From Squalus acanthias (taxonomy: Eukaryota), in the NCBI GenBank assembly GCA_030390025.1, contig CM059425.1, forward strand, positions 145,390,001 to 145,454,000: a DNA stretch of 64,000 nucleotides, in the 5' to 3' direction. A program made the translations under genes and the position numbers. Position 1 is the stretch's first letter. Each line of letters begins with the position of its first letter. Below the pieces are notes generated by a model, which saw nothing but the letters and a program-made list of their open reading frames with translations, did no database searches and was not told the origin of the DNA. Below are positions 1-14,194 of this stretch, one piece after another.

Positions 1-1349
1 TAAAACATTACAGATGGCGACTTGGTGTAGTGCAGGAGCGTCCCAAGTTTCTGGGCTGTTTAGCCCTGTGGGCCAGATATATTAAATCAGGGTGCCATTA
101 AATGGGGTTATGTTTGTAACAGCTAGAACGGAGGCTTAAGACTGGCTGCCAGTCCACTCTCCCTTGCCATGGCATGCAGAGCTCTCAAATTTGACTTGAT
201 TAGTAGATCAGGTTTGCTTTATAATCCATGTGTTTGGGTTAGGAGGTAAGTGTATTGTTCCATTCTTGAGAGATCTTCCAGTTTGGTTAATCAATAACTC
301 ATCATGATCTTTCAGTTGCGAATTGTGCTTCTGCCTTGCAATGAAAACGTTTACTAGAATAGTGGCTCTGTTTTCACCAGGAAAAGTGGCACTTACCTGA
401 TACTCTGTTAATTGTCCTGAGACTTCATTGGAAATCAGTTTTGTTGGTGCTTTCATGTCTGATGTATCAAATTTTCATAATGGTTTGTGAATGTTACTGT
501 TGATTCTTTCTGTCTGGAAGACTCTTCCTCAAAGAACTGATGGATTTATGTGCACTGGCTGAATTGACCTTGAGAATAAAATTGTCATATGGTGCACATG
601 CCACCCACACAAATCCTTCCAGGAAATAATCTGTTATCCATGAATGGTAAGTTTTTAAAGGAGAGAGGTGGAAAGTTGTATGTGCTGCATATGTGGTAGT
701 CCCTGGGGAGTTAGTACAATCTGCATTATTCCTTTCTCTGCTCAAAAGGCAGAACCCCAACAAAACTTCTTTTAACATATAACTGCTGTGTCCATTTATA
801 GTTACTTTTTAAATTTCCCAAGTTATTTTTTCTGAATGGTTATCTTAGCTGAACCTTTGAGATAAACTACAGAGTGACATGTGTAGCCAGTTCACTGTGA
901 TACTCTGCCCAGAGAATAAATTATCTAGTAGCAATATTTAAAGCTGAAAGCTTCATCTTCAAAAAAGAGTTTTTAAAACAATAAATATGTGGATCGGCAG
1001 TGGTTCAAATTGTAAGTAGTTCCCAAAATCAGAACACCCCTTTTATATGTAGCTGTATGTATTTCAACAGAGACCACAGGCACAAAAGATGCATACTGAA
1101 CACATTTGATGCTGCACCCAACAAAATATGATGCTGGAATTAGAATACAAAATGGTGTCTTTGGAAAGGGTAGCAATCCTCTCTAGTTAGAAGCATGAAT
1201 AATGGGTCATATTCAGTGAGAAGATTAGCAAAGTCTGCAACATTATTCATTTCATTTAGGTGATTGTCAAATGTGAAATTGTCAGTTGCATTATATTGGG
1301 GACTTGATAGCTTGCTGTTACTTAGCCAGATTTTTTTCCTGTTTTTCAG

Positions 1350-1478
1350 AGAGTTTGGCCAGCTTCTCAGAGAGATGTGCTTTATTTGTCTGCAATTCGA
1401 AAAGTTCCAACTACAAATGAGAATGATCCAGATACATGGCTTGTCTGCAATTTTTCTGTGGAGCACGATAATGCTCCT
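1350..1478 (+). CDS. CERT1: CERT1 (ceramide transfer protein, COL4A3BP) internal exon, START domain
   Basis: ttttcag acceptor and gtaagt donor; 129 bp; encodes [43 protein letters not shown], matching vertebrate CERT START domain. Confidence 0.95.
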
Positions 1479-1747
1479 GTAAGTGTCTGTCTTCATAAAG
1501 ATTTTAACGACAAAATATACTGAATTACTTGTAGGTAATGGAGCTGAAGGGTAACTGAGCACATCGAGAAACATTGCATTGCACAATTTTATTTTAGTGT
1601 TAAAATGGATAAATACTAGAATTCGCTCGGGCTATTATGTAAAGATTTGTTCACTGAAGTAATTGCTAATAGTTCTATTTTGTACTTTTTGCACTAACTT
1701 ATTGCTGTGCACGTTCAAAATGGTCATGTGTTTCTACACCTATTTAA

Positions 1748-2002
<255 letters not shown>

Positions 2003-2092
2003 TGAGTGCTTCCTAGTGGGTGGCTAACAGCACCTTCAGTATTCTGGGCATACCCTCTAAATTCAGGAGGTGTGTGGTTAGGTGAAGCAACA

Positions 2093-3350
2093 TTAGGAAC
2101 AGGAGTAGGCCATTCAGCCCTCGAGCCTGTACTGCCATTCTGTTAGATCATGGCTGATATGTACCTCAATTCCATTTACCTGCCTTTGCCCCATATCCCT
2201 TGATGCCCTTATTCAATAAAAATCCTGCATATTTCAAATGACCCACATTCACAGCCTTTTGGATGAGAGTTCCAGATTTCTACTACCCTTTATTTAAAAA
2301 AAAAGTACATCTGATTTCACTCCTAAATGGCCTACCTCTAATTTTAAGATTATGCTTTGTGTTCTGGATTCCTCCACCAGAGAAAATAGATTCTTTGTAC
2401 CTACTCTATTGAATCCCTTTATCATTTTAGACTCCAATTGCATTACCCCTCAACTTTCTTAACTCAAGGGAATACAACTCATAATTGAACCCTTTAAGCT
2501 CCAGTATGATTCTGGTGAATCTGCAATGTACCTCCTCACCCCAGCTAAGGCCAAAATTTCTTTCCTGAGCTATGGTGCCCAGAATTGCACACATTACTCC
2601 AGATGAGTTGTGAGCAAGGCTCAGTACAACTGAACTATCATTCTTTCACTTTTGTATTCTAGCCTTCTTGAGATAAAGGCCAAGATTTCATTAGCCATTT
2701 TTGATCACTTTTTGTACCTGTGCACTAGCTTTTAGTGATGTGTGTACATGGACACCTAAATCCCCTTTACTCCTCTACAGTCACAAGTCTCACCATTTAG
2801 AAAATATTTTGATTTGTATTTCTCAGATCCAAAGTGAATGACCTCACACTTCCCACATTGATCTCCATGTGTCACTTTTTTGCCCACTTACTTAGTCTGT
2901 CTATGTTCTTTGTAACTTCCTGCTCCCATCTACACAACTTACCGTGTCTCTGAACTTAGTGTGATCTGCAAACTTGGATGCGTAGCTCTCGGTTCCTTCA
3001 CCAAGTCATTATATGGTGAAAAGCTGAGACATCAGTACTGATTCCTGGGGAACACCATTTGTCACATCCCACCAATCAGAGAACAAACCCTTTATCCCTA
3101 CTGTGTCTCCTACCTCCCAACCAATTACCAACCCATATCACAAGTTAACCTCTAATTACACATGCTCTACACAACATTCATAAACATTCCCCTATCCGCC
3201 ATACTTGTGACCTCTTCAAAAAAATTTAACTAGATTAGTCTGTAGTTGGTAGTATGTAGTTTGGTTTGTAGTTACCTGGTTTCTCCCTTCTTAAATAATG
3301 GAGTGACAATTTGCAATTTTCTAATCCAAAGGTACAATTCCTGAACCTAG
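2093..3350 (-). mobile_element. Degenerate 5'-truncated CR1 LINE in CERT1 intron
   Basis: CR1 3' end motif (taggaacaggagtaggccattcagccctcgagcctg) and decayed RT sequence similar to the copies at 24.6, 35.5, 55.5 and 61.5 kb. Confidence 0.8.
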
Positions 3351-3942
3351 AGAGATCTGTGGCAACAGAGAAATTAAGCGCTCGGGTTCACTGCAGGGCA
3401 TGAATGGGATCCTTGGCTGTTAGGTGATTCCTCTGCTGGCACGATCAATTTAGATTGCTAAAAATCAGTTGGAAAGCAATTCTGCTATTAGCTGCAGGGT
3501 TTTCACATGAGCCTCAGAATTGTCAACTATTGAGGCGATTTTTATGCCTTGCAGTGACGTACTTTGGTCAAAGTGGCACAGCCACTTCTCAAGGAGCTTG
3601 TCAAATCCATTTTTAATTATTTTTTTTTTCTTCGATTCACCTCCTACCATTACGTTTTGGGAAGAGAGCACGTACTCGGGGGCGGGGTTGAAGAAAGAGA
3701 AGGGGGGTTGAAAGGAGGGGACAGTTACAATTGGCTACTGTGTTGTAAAAGAGTGGCAAGCTCGAAGCCCTTGACCATTTGAGGCTGGAGAGGCAGAACT
3801 TCTTTGTGTATGGGGGGTGGGCTCAACGTTAAATCTGGGTTTTCTTCCAGGAAAATAAAATGTCCAAACAAACGGGGGGAGGAGGGGAAATGTATATAAT
3901 CTGCAGGATACAGGCCCGAGCTACAACACCACAAAAACATGA

Positions 3943-4686
3943 GGGATCAAATTTTGCGCTCAAAATATCGATGAGGCTAATGGCGCTCCCCATATTTATG
4001 CGTAAATTGTACAGCAACTTCAGGTGAGGAGCAGATGTACAGTTAAATGCCAATATCCAAAAGTTGCTGTCCGTGTTGCTCCGCTGTTAGCTTCGTGAAA
4101 ACGGCATTTCGCTGTCTGCCTCACAATTGACATGCATTGAATGGCGAGAAGTTGCTGTATTTGCGCGGCAGATACAAACTGAACTCGCCACAGAAGGTTA
4201 AGTCTTGTCATTACAGGTGTAAGTACCCGTTTAATGATGTGGTAAGTGTTAATGACTGCCAATCAACTTTTTAGGTACTATTAGAAGTGTGAAGTCTCAT
4301 TCCTTCAGATATTAATTGTTGGAGATTTTAAAAATGTTGTTTTTTACTTTTCCTTTCTTCTCTCGCAATCTAATCTTTCATTCCCTCTCTTTATTTCTCT
4401 TTCTGTACCTGATTTAACATTGAAGTCACCCACTCTAATTTACACTTCTTTCTCTGTCCTTATGCTGTTAATTTCACAATCCCTCAATCTGATTGATTAA
4501 GGAGATACACAGTTGCTTGCCCTGTTCACTCATGTCTCAGATACCCTGTTTCTCTCGCTGTGACACTATCCGCTTGCATTTTCAGCAACTTGCCATGCAA
4601 AAAATTTTAAATAACCTAAACATGCAAGGGCAAGTCTAACTTACGGCAGATGCAGTTAAATGTCCTGTTACAGCAAAATCTGGGCC
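3943..4686. mobile_element. Putative non-autonomous DNA transposon (MITE-like)
   Basis: Imperfect terminal inverted repeats gggatcaaattttgc / gcaaaatctgggcc around a CpG-containing body. Confidence 0.35.
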
Positions 4687-5114
4687 GAGATATTTTTGGC
4701 ATTTAAACTCACCAGCAACTTTTTTGTGGCCCTCCGGCATTCTAACGCAGTCTGTGACTGTAATTTGATGCTTAGCTCTTTTCCAATTTAAGAATTTTTC
4801 ATTGAAAGCTAGCGTTCTGCTTAGCTGCAGCTTGTAAAAAGGCCAGTTTTATTTGCATTACAGATGCCATTGACCTTATAACAAGATAATATTTCAGGAT
4901 TTTTATTTTGCTCGCCAGTTGTCACCACTTTCTGTCGGAATATTGCTTGCTTCCCCATGTATGGTGGACCTGGGCTTAAATACGTGGCGCTGCTTGAAGC
5001 AGCACACCCACAATGCAGAAACAGGGTTGCTTCCAAATTCTTTGAAGTCAGTTATCTTTTTCAGCAAGATGAGATTGGATAGCCCAGGAAGATTAGCTGC
5101 TCTGGCCTGCTTGA

Positions 5115-5291
<177 letters not shown>

Positions 5292-8200
5292 TATCTAGAG
5301 GTATGATATAACATTAACCAGTTATTTTTATTGAAGTGTCATTAAAACGGTTCAAGCCTGGTATTTAGTGAAAGTGCCTGAGCGCAAACATTTCAATATT
5401 TTGCCACAACATCCTCTCAAGAATCTGGTTTCAAGCTGTTGAGTATAGTTTTGTTGCCACTAGATTAATTCCAGACCCCACAGCTTAAATATTCACACCT
5501 TGTAGTCTGAGGCAGAATTTGTGGCTAACAATTGTGGGATCGATGGTATCTATTTTTGAGGTGCCGGGTACAATCTTCATCAGATCATTGCAATTGAATC
5601 TCATAATGTACCTCAGGAAATCGTTGCATAATCAGGAGGTACAATTGCTTTAAAATTGTGGTCTCGGAAGACAAACTTACTTAGTGAACTATGGCTGCAG
5701 GGTCCATGTCTGGCTTGCAAGCATAATAGTCCCTCCCTCTCAGGATGCTGTGGATTAGAGGCAGTCTATGGTTGGAACAACACTCTTCCTGGTTTATGAA
5801 CTCAATCTTAGCAGTTTAAATGCTGTTTTTCAGGTAATAAGTCTGCGGCACGAATAGGTTGCAGTTTCTTGAGTGCATTACATCAAGAGAAGAATGAAAT
5901 ATTGACTCACAATTTGCTCAGAAATAGCTCTCCTCACAAAGAATGAATAATTCAGAGCATTGTATCCAACAAAAAAACTGAAATAAGAGGAACATTCTAT
6001 AATGAAATATCTTGTAATGGATTTCAGGATGTTGGGAGCAAGAATGTCCTACATTGGTGTCCCTTTTGTTCATGAAAGCATTTTATGTTTAAGGAAGTAT
6101 GCAAGTAGTATGTTTAAGCAATAGTCCTAAAAATATTTAAGTATACGATCTTGTGTCTTTAGTGTTCAGCATGGATTTGCTGCTGTTTCTACCATGCTTT
6201 CTCCAGCGAACAACGTATAGAAGCAACGATGTCCTCCTGCACTCAAGGATTACAGTGACTCCAGCTGGTGCATTGAATTTCCAACGTCCTTCCCTCTCGC
6301 AAGGCCAGTCCCAGTTCAAAGCCTGCAGCCAACTGATGTAGGCTGTCATTTTGCATCTGTGGCTGATTGTTCAACACTGTCTGTGCTCTGTTCCATTTTA
6401 GTGCATCAGTGTGTAATTCATCTGTACGTGCAGCTCATACAGCTGTTTACAATTTGACCCAGCAACATTTTTTTACAAAAACAATCACATTTTGGATCAA
6501 AAACAATAGGTTGATGGCTTTAATTGTTAAGATAGCATGTTTGTTAATGTAGGCCTGCATAATCATGGCCAAAATTTCAACATTTTTGCAACAAACAAAA
6601 CCTAATTTGTGATCTTAAGTTGCACAAATGTTAGCCATCTTTGGGGTCTACAGTAGGGTGTAATTTCTTTAAGTCTTACTTGAGTCTTGCTAATTGGCGT
6701 TCTATAATCACTGAACTCATCACATTCTTTTACTGGTCAGTTCTAAAACCAGTGTCCTTGTTTCTTACTTTGAAACTAATTTCTTGTAAAACTAGTTCAG
6801 GGCTGTCTATGCCCTTTGACCTCTGGCATTTGCCCTTTCTCTTTCTTACTATCTCCTATGAAGAACATACAGTTTTGATGGAGATTTTGAAAAGCTTTAT
6901 TTCTGTTTTGTTTACAAACTATATTTCTACTGCATTTTTAGTTTGTATATTTGTTACATATATATTTTGTGTTGTAATTGAAAGTTCTGAAATCTTTAAG
7001 ATGGTGGTATGGGCTGGAAAGGGGATTACTTGAAACATGTCAAATAAGGATTTTTCATGTTGAAATAGATTGGTGTTCTAGTCATGACCAGTGTAGACAT
7101 ATCGTCGAAAGATGAATGACTGACTGTTTTAAGCAATATTGATGGAGGAGGTGTGCATTATTGTGAATAAGGTACGCCGGCTAAGTATAGCTGATAGGTG
7201 AAGCCCATTGCATAAATCTTTAGTGCACTACTTTCAAAAAGTGTACACCTTCCCGTTCATTAATGCAATTGTGCAAAATCTGTTCTGAATCAAATTAAGT
7301 GCTGTTCCTGATGTCTGATCAGCGGAACTAGCCAGTTGTATTTCTGGAATAGATTGACATGCTCTTGAAATGTGTTGCTATGTGGAATGGATGCATCTGA
7401 AGAACTTCAGTTCCCATGAAATTCTGTGCAGTGAGATCTTTTCTTCCTGTTGGTTTCAAGATAGTGCTGCGCCGTTATTGAATGCAGCTAAATTTTTACA
7501 CTTGGTTTTCAGGACTGCTGGATTATAGAAATCTTTCGTCTTAAAAGTTGTGCACATTGCACAAAATTTCCCTCCTATTTTGCAACAAATAGACTTGATT
7601 TTTATTTTAGTAAGTCTAATGTTTAGAGCTGCCACAGATCCTTTTATATTGTTAATAACTGATGATACAACCAATATGATGTAAGCAAATTAATATCAAT
7701 AATGTGACCAGCAGACTTTATTTTTGCAGCACAATACCACATCACTCACTACATTGTATATATTACAACAGCTTCAAATGTAAAAGTGCCTAAATTTGAG
7801 GAATGGTTATGTGATCAACAGATTGTATCGATGCATTCTAATAGAAGCCTAGTCAAGTATGGGTTCTGTGTTGAGGATTAATTTAGAACACTTTATATTT
7901 ACATTATACCTGAACTTCTAGGCTATACCTAAAAGCAATCCAACAGTTTATAAAGAAAAATCCTCTGATCAGCTCCATACTTCAGCAAACACCACTCATA
8001 TCTACATTTAAAATGAATGTGGTAAATAGCTATAAATCAACAGGAAGAAAGTTTTGCTTGACTGAATGCAGGGGTTTCATTTCAATTAGACCAAAAGAAC
8101 TGGTTATATATAGCTAGTGTTAGCAGTGAAATACAAAAATCTAGATATATGGTTCATTTTGGCATTGAGGGAATTTGGGAATAGTTAATGCCAGCCAGTT

Positions 8201-9900
8201 GAAGTATCATATATTATAGAGGATGCTTTTTGGATTCCAGTTCAGTCTACTTTAGTTGGTAGAAATGTGCTGCTTGATGAGGATATGATGAAATTAATTT
8301 CCACAAAGCACTTCCCTAAGTAGCAGTTATGATCCAGAAGGTCAGACTATATGAAGGAGATTTCTTCTTTAGTGGAAATGCTCCCCCAGTGGTTAACTGG
8401 TTCGATTTCTCAGACACTGTTCCCTCCCATTTTGCATAACCGAACCTTTTGTCTTCTGCGTGATCTTTAGAAGGATCAATGCTAATTGTTCTTGCAAGAC
8501 AAAGCAATTCCCCATTACATTTGATCAATTTTATGTAAAGTTAATATTCCAGGTACTTGTATTAAAACAAACTTGTAAGTCAGATATTTTAAAATGTTAA
8601 ACTGGGTAGTGTGTGGCTTCTTTGTGTCAGTTTAGAGGCTGGTGGCATTGAAAAGTGATTTTGGAGCTGGCCCCCAAGTGCTTACTGTTCATCACAAAGG
8701 AGCAGTGTTGGGTGGAGTGCAGCAAGTGAGGCTTAGCATTGCAATATCACATATTGGCACCTAAACTTTGAAGCAGTGCAATAATGGCAACTCTGGGAAG
8801 TTAACCACTGCTTGGTAGTATTTTAGAATTTTTATGTTTCAAACGATGGGGATATATTTGTGTTTTTGGGAAATGATCACACACAAAAACACCATAGGGC
8901 CTTACTCCAAACTGTTGTTTGGGTCAAGCATTAGTATGATGAGTTAGATAAATTCATCACTCTGCTGATGGGAGTAGGTTCAGTCTCCATTTTGATCAGT
9001 TCTTTAGTCTTTGTGCTAATTTGGATCATACCTTTCTTTGTGGAGAAAATTATTTTCATCTGTCCTGCACTGTAGTTATGCCTTTCAATTGGGCATAAAT
9101 TGCAAGTCATGGAAGCAGGTCTACCTTTAGACTAGAAATATGGAAATTGATGCCAAATTGCACAAATGAGCCCTATACTGGATTCAAAGTAAACATGAAA
9201 TTCAATAGCTTAGACCCAGGTGTTTGATAATGTTGGGTTTTTTCAGCAACTGTATTAATTTCAGTTTACTTAAAACCCCTTGCATTCAACACTGAGCAAT
9301 CTAGAAAGTTTGAGCATAGGTTTTATTGGGAACTTGGTGGGAAAAAAACAGTAAATTTTGATTGAATACCCCAAATGAAAACCGTTATATACCTGACTAA
9401 CTTATCAATGGGAACTTTAGCAACAGTCCAGGTTAAAAACCTGTTACTGGTTTGAATTAAGTTAACTTTTAATAAATTGGGAAGTTTACGTGTATAGAAT
9501 TTGATATTGTTAGTCGCAATTGCACTAAATGTGATGTAATTTTGAAATTATTCTGGTATAAAGTGATTACACTAAAAGAGGCAGTTGTAAAGTATTGAAA
9601 CTTCTCTGGAATGTAAAAACACGTCAATTACAGGTTGAAATATGGACTTCTATCAAAATATATTGAGTGTGTAGAATGTGGTAAGAGATTTGTTTTATGA
9701 AAGCTTTATATCCTGATTTAGCTTTGTGTACAGCAAAACACTGGTTAATATGTGTCTGTGATGTTGGACTGTAAAACAGTTTTTTCCAATCAGCAATGTG
9801 TAAAGATCAGTTTATAAAGTTTAGTTCCTCCATGTTATCACAAATTAAAATCCAGTATTTAAAAAGTGAAAAGTATTAAAACATTATAGAAGATCTTGAG
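5292..9900 (+). other. CERT1: Probable long CERT1 3' UTR region
   Basis: AT-rich stretch with no TE I could recognise; AATAAA 9471-9476, ATTAAA 9844-9849 and 9875-9880 followed by a GU-rich tract; end point inferred. Confidence 0.4.
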
Positions 9901-10052
9901 TATTTTGTGTGTTCTTTGAAAATGTTGATTATTTTTAATCAGTAAAATTGTTGTAGCACTTTCAATATAACTTAAATGTACTTCGTGTTCCTCCATTTTG
10001 CTGCACTGCTCCCTCATAAATAAGGGTGAAATGATTATTGATGGGTAATAAA

Positions 10053-10487
10053 AGAAAGAGCTTGCATTTATATAGCGCCTTTCATGACCTCGGGGCGTCG
10101 CAAAGTACTTTCCGGCCAATGAAGTACTTTTGAAATATAGTCCCTGTTGTAATGTAGGAGACACAGCAATTGTGCACCGCAAGGTCCCACAAACAGCAAT
10201 GAGATAAATGACAAAATATTCTGCTTTAGCGACGTTTCTTGAGGGATAAATATTGGGCAGGAGAACTCTGCTCTTCTTTGAATATGCCATGTTACATCTA
10301 CCTGAGAGCAGACGGGGCCTCAGTTTAATGTCTCATCCGAAAGATGGCATCTCTGACAGTGCAACACTCCCTCAGTACTGCACTGAAGTGTCAGCCTAGG
10401 TTATGTGCTCAAATATCTGGAGTGGGGCTTGAACCCATAACCTTTTGACTCGGGCAAGAGTACTACCCACTGAGGCAAGGCTGACAC
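10053..10487 (-). mobile_element. tRNA-derived Deu-domain SINE (SacSINE1-like), near full length
   Basis: Minus strand: head gtgtcagccttgcctcagtgggtag...gggttcaagcccc (A/B boxes) and tail aaaggcgctatataaatgcaag; further copies in window. Confidence 0.8.
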
Positions 10488-12024
10488 CACAGCTGAATCG
10501 CATCTTATTACCTATTTTTCACGCATACATTGCAGCAGGGGTTACTGAATAACATTCAGGACCAGAACTCTGGTTGAATTTTTTATCATCTTTTCTCCCA
10601 AGCTGACTGCAGTTAAGTCAATTGTAGCCCTTTCCTCCAAACTCCCCACCATTGGATTGGCTTAACTCTGCATGGGCCAAGGAATTTAACTCTGCGTCTT
10701 TATAGTCTGCGTGTCTCGGTGCCACATCGCATGATGCATTTATCTACTTAGCAATCAGAGGTATGGCTTGTCATCAAGGCTCCTCATCTCCTGCATATAA
10801 TTTATTGTACGTTAAGTAATGCTAAACTTAATATAAATGAAAGAACTGTGCAGTGGGGGTGGTATGATTGAACACCAGTAGTAGCACCGAGGGGCTCGGG
10901 TTTGATTTTTCTCTCCCACTCTAATCTGCATTTTCTGGCACACTTCTGCAGGGAAATACTGAGTGAGGGGCAAGCAGCTTTTTTCGGGGGTATCTTCACT
11001 GAATTGCTCCTGCATACCTCATAGCAGTGATCTGGAAGCAGAATCTGTAGGTTAGGAGGGACTAGAAAGAAAACAAGGTAAAAGGAGCATAATACACTCC
11101 AATAGTTAAATATGTCTGCAGTACTGGAAATATTGTGCATGTCACAGATAAGTATCATAATTTGTATCTTTTACCTGTAAATTTCTCTTGTGAAATGTAA
11201 TCATTTTTATTAATCTATTATTAATCATAAGCCTAGTTAGAGTGTCAGTATTTTCAATTAAGACTGTTAAATCCATTTATTGCTGTGATTTAAGAGTATT
11301 ATATTAATGTGTGTGAAGTAAAATGAGAAGTGGTAGTTCCATAGTCTGCAGTGCAGTAAATTTCTGCTGCAGGCTTCAGAGGGTTAAACAGTCAGTCTGG
11401 GACTGAAACGATGGTGAGATCTGATGAAACATAAGCTGATTGGCTGTGGTATCTCTGCTGATCAGGTGACTACAAGTCCATTATAGGTGATGTTTTGGAA
11501 TTTCAAAATAGTTGCATTTTTTCCATCAACAATTTTTTTTTAAACTCTGTTTTTAGCAGATTATTGGGTAAACATTTTCTGCTACTGCACAACATCAATA
11601 ATTTTAATGTATTTATGAACACGATTTAGGTTTTGTAATGAGTAGTTTTTATATATTTTGTTTCTGGATCCCCGGTGCCCACTTTCTAAAGATCTCTGAC
11701 ACTTCTGCTTTGTGGCTGCTTGTGGGGGAAAAATTCAGAGAAGGTTGCTGGGAGTTTAATCTGTGGTTCCCTCCAGCAAAATACCCAGCCGCTGGTCCAT
11801 GTTTCACCTGCCAGGGCAAGAACTTCCTGTGTCGACAGTAGTGGTGTATCACTGTGATATTCATAAAATCTTACAGCATACAAAGAGGCCATTCGGCCCA
11901 TTGTGCCTGTGCCGGCACAGTAGTTCTTTCAAAGTTGACCAGTACAGAGAAATACAATTGTTTTTTAAAGTGAGAGCTTGACTTTTCTTTCTATTTGTAG
12001 CCCATTTGTTTTGTTTTATTTAAT

Positions 12025-12123
12025 GCAAAATACTGCGGATGCTGGAAATCTGAAATAAAAACAGAAAATACTCAGCAGGTCAGGCAGCATCTGTGGCGAG
12101 AGATAGAGTTAGCGTTTCAGGTC
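12025..12123. mobile_element. Penelope-like element terminal fragment with 12-bp TSD
   Basis: gcaaaatactgcggatgctggaaatctgaaataaaaacagaaaa...gtttcaggtc flanked by gttttatttaat at 12013-12024 and 12124-12135. Confidence 0.65.
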
Positions 12124-13199
12124 GTTTTATTTAATAATTTGATCTAATCTTGAATTTGATTTTTTCGAAGATAGCAAAAAGTGAACAGGTGAAAGGTGTA
12201 ATGAGCATTGGAGGAAGTGTGGAGTGGAGTCTCATAAGGGTGAATATTTGGACCCTTATTGTGTTAAATGTCCCTGATATAGAAACTTTTAATAGACCTA
12301 ATCTTTCAATTTCAGAGCTTAAGATTTTGGATGAAATTGTAATTAAGCCAATGCCCTGGGATTTTTAAAACTGACTTCAGCCAACGATTGTCATGGGGAA
12401 GTTATTATTTCTATAGCTTGTAATGTAAAGTCACGTCATCTGGTTTAATACTCATCTGTCCTTGAAACGCTGCTAACAATGTTCTGTATCCTTGCGTAAT
12501 GATGGATGTTTCATTGAGGGAATTCTTATCAGACATTTGTCAAACAATGCAAGTTAGCAGACATGAGTTAATTGTTTGACTGCTGTGTCATTGGTAAGGT
12601 TTCCTGCTAGGACAGGCAGCTGTTGTCTTTATCATTCAAAGATAGCCAGTTGCACATTGTAACTGAATTGGCATCTCCTGGTTAAAGAAGACAATCAGGT
12701 AGGCGAGTCACCTCAGTCATTGTTTATTTGAGATTTAATTGTGAAGGATACCTTTTTCATCATCAATGTGAGCTTGGGACATCAAAGCAAAAAGTTAGAC
12801 ATATATCTGGACTGGTATCCCTGGTTCTTCAGATTCCTATTAAGTTGGGTTAATGATGAACTCTTAACGTTTACTTCTCTCAAAACGTTTCATCGTGGAT
12901 ACGCAGCTGGAAGTTACTGAAGAGAACTACAACGACTTTGAAACTTGTTTGGAACAGATGGTTTAATGTTGAGTGAAGTACTGTAATTTATCCAATCTGA
13001 TTTGCTCTTCTGTTTAATCTTAAACCTGATGAATAGCTTTTAAGCCCAATTTTACGCAGTTTGTCAGTGTTATTCTGCTGGTACAAGGACATCAGGAGCG
13101 TATGGTGACATCCCATGTATTTCTAGTGCATATGCCAAAGGTAAAAGACTTAATTGTTCATCCTGTGGCCTATTATCCCAGATATTCTGTGCATAAAAC

Positions 13200-13912
13200 C
13201 AGGTTTCCGCTTTGGGCACAATCGGCAATCCGCCGTAACTTGCTCTCGTTTTGTGAAGTTTTTTCCCCCTAGAGTTTCCGCTCATTCATTTGCATATCGC
13301 TGAATGAAAACTCTGCCATGACCAGTGCAATTGGGCAGTGTTTTAAAACATTTTCAAAATTTTGCTTAAAAAAATTCCTTGATATATTTAAAAGTGGTAA
13401 CTTGGCGCAGTTTGATTAATACAGCTGAAAATGGGTTTATCACAAAAAATAAGCATTTTTAAATCAGTGTCACTGCACCATCTGTGAGTAATCTGATTTT
13501 AAATTACTGAATGACTTTTTAAAAAAACCATTTGCTAGCTACATTGGGGTACAGTAGTCAGTTTGTGAAATTAAAAAAATTAAATTCAAAAGCTTTTAAG
13601 ACGTGCCTATTGGTGTCCTTGCACCCAAAAGAACCAGCTTAATTTTTAGAGCCTCTTCGAAGGCCTGCAAACGAGCGCAATTAGTGGCATCTCCCAATGG
13701 TGATTAATTCATCCTGGGGGTGCGGTCACTTTTGTGGGCGAGGCCGGCTTCTCGCACGATTTTTTAAAAAAACTAGTGCAGAAGATCACGGAAACTTGAG
13801 TTGCGCTGGACATAATTTGCGCTTAAAACTCCACGATCTTTTGCTCGAGTTAGGCTGATTACAGGCGAATTGCACCAAAAAATCAAGCGCAACCAAGAGG
13901 AAATTCTACCCC
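13200..13912. mobile_element. Non-autonomous DNA-transposon-like repeat, copy A
   Basis: Colinear similarity to 14824-15630 over about 700 bp; ends in ggaaattctacccc. Confidence 0.55.
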
Positions 13913-14194
13913 GGTTCATAAGTGTAGTTTTGCAAAAGCTGACTTTTGGAACAAATGCAAATAACTAGCCTGAATTGCAACAGAAATTAGCTGTTAAGGT
14001 AGTTTTACTGATCAAACTCAGTAGGGGAGAGCATTCGAGTCAGGATGCAGGAAAGGAGTTGGTTTGGTTATGGAATTGGATGGATGCGTGACCATGAAAT
14101 TTAACACTAAAGTATTACATAACTGTTGAAGAATGGGCAGCATAGTATACAATGAATGGAGTTTATTTTTAAATGTTTACATTATTCTTTGGAT

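Noticed and set aside
1-1340. Further upstream CERT1 exon (TTIENFHVVE...-type)
   Set aside because: No matching coding sequence seen; it presumably lies before the window
6641-7033. 130-aa hydrophobic ORF
   Set aside because: Non-ATG start in T-rich probable 3' UTR; hydrophobicity follows base composition
9859-10290. 143-aa ORF (also 23565-23768 and 41539-41910)
   Set aside because: Translations of SINE sequence
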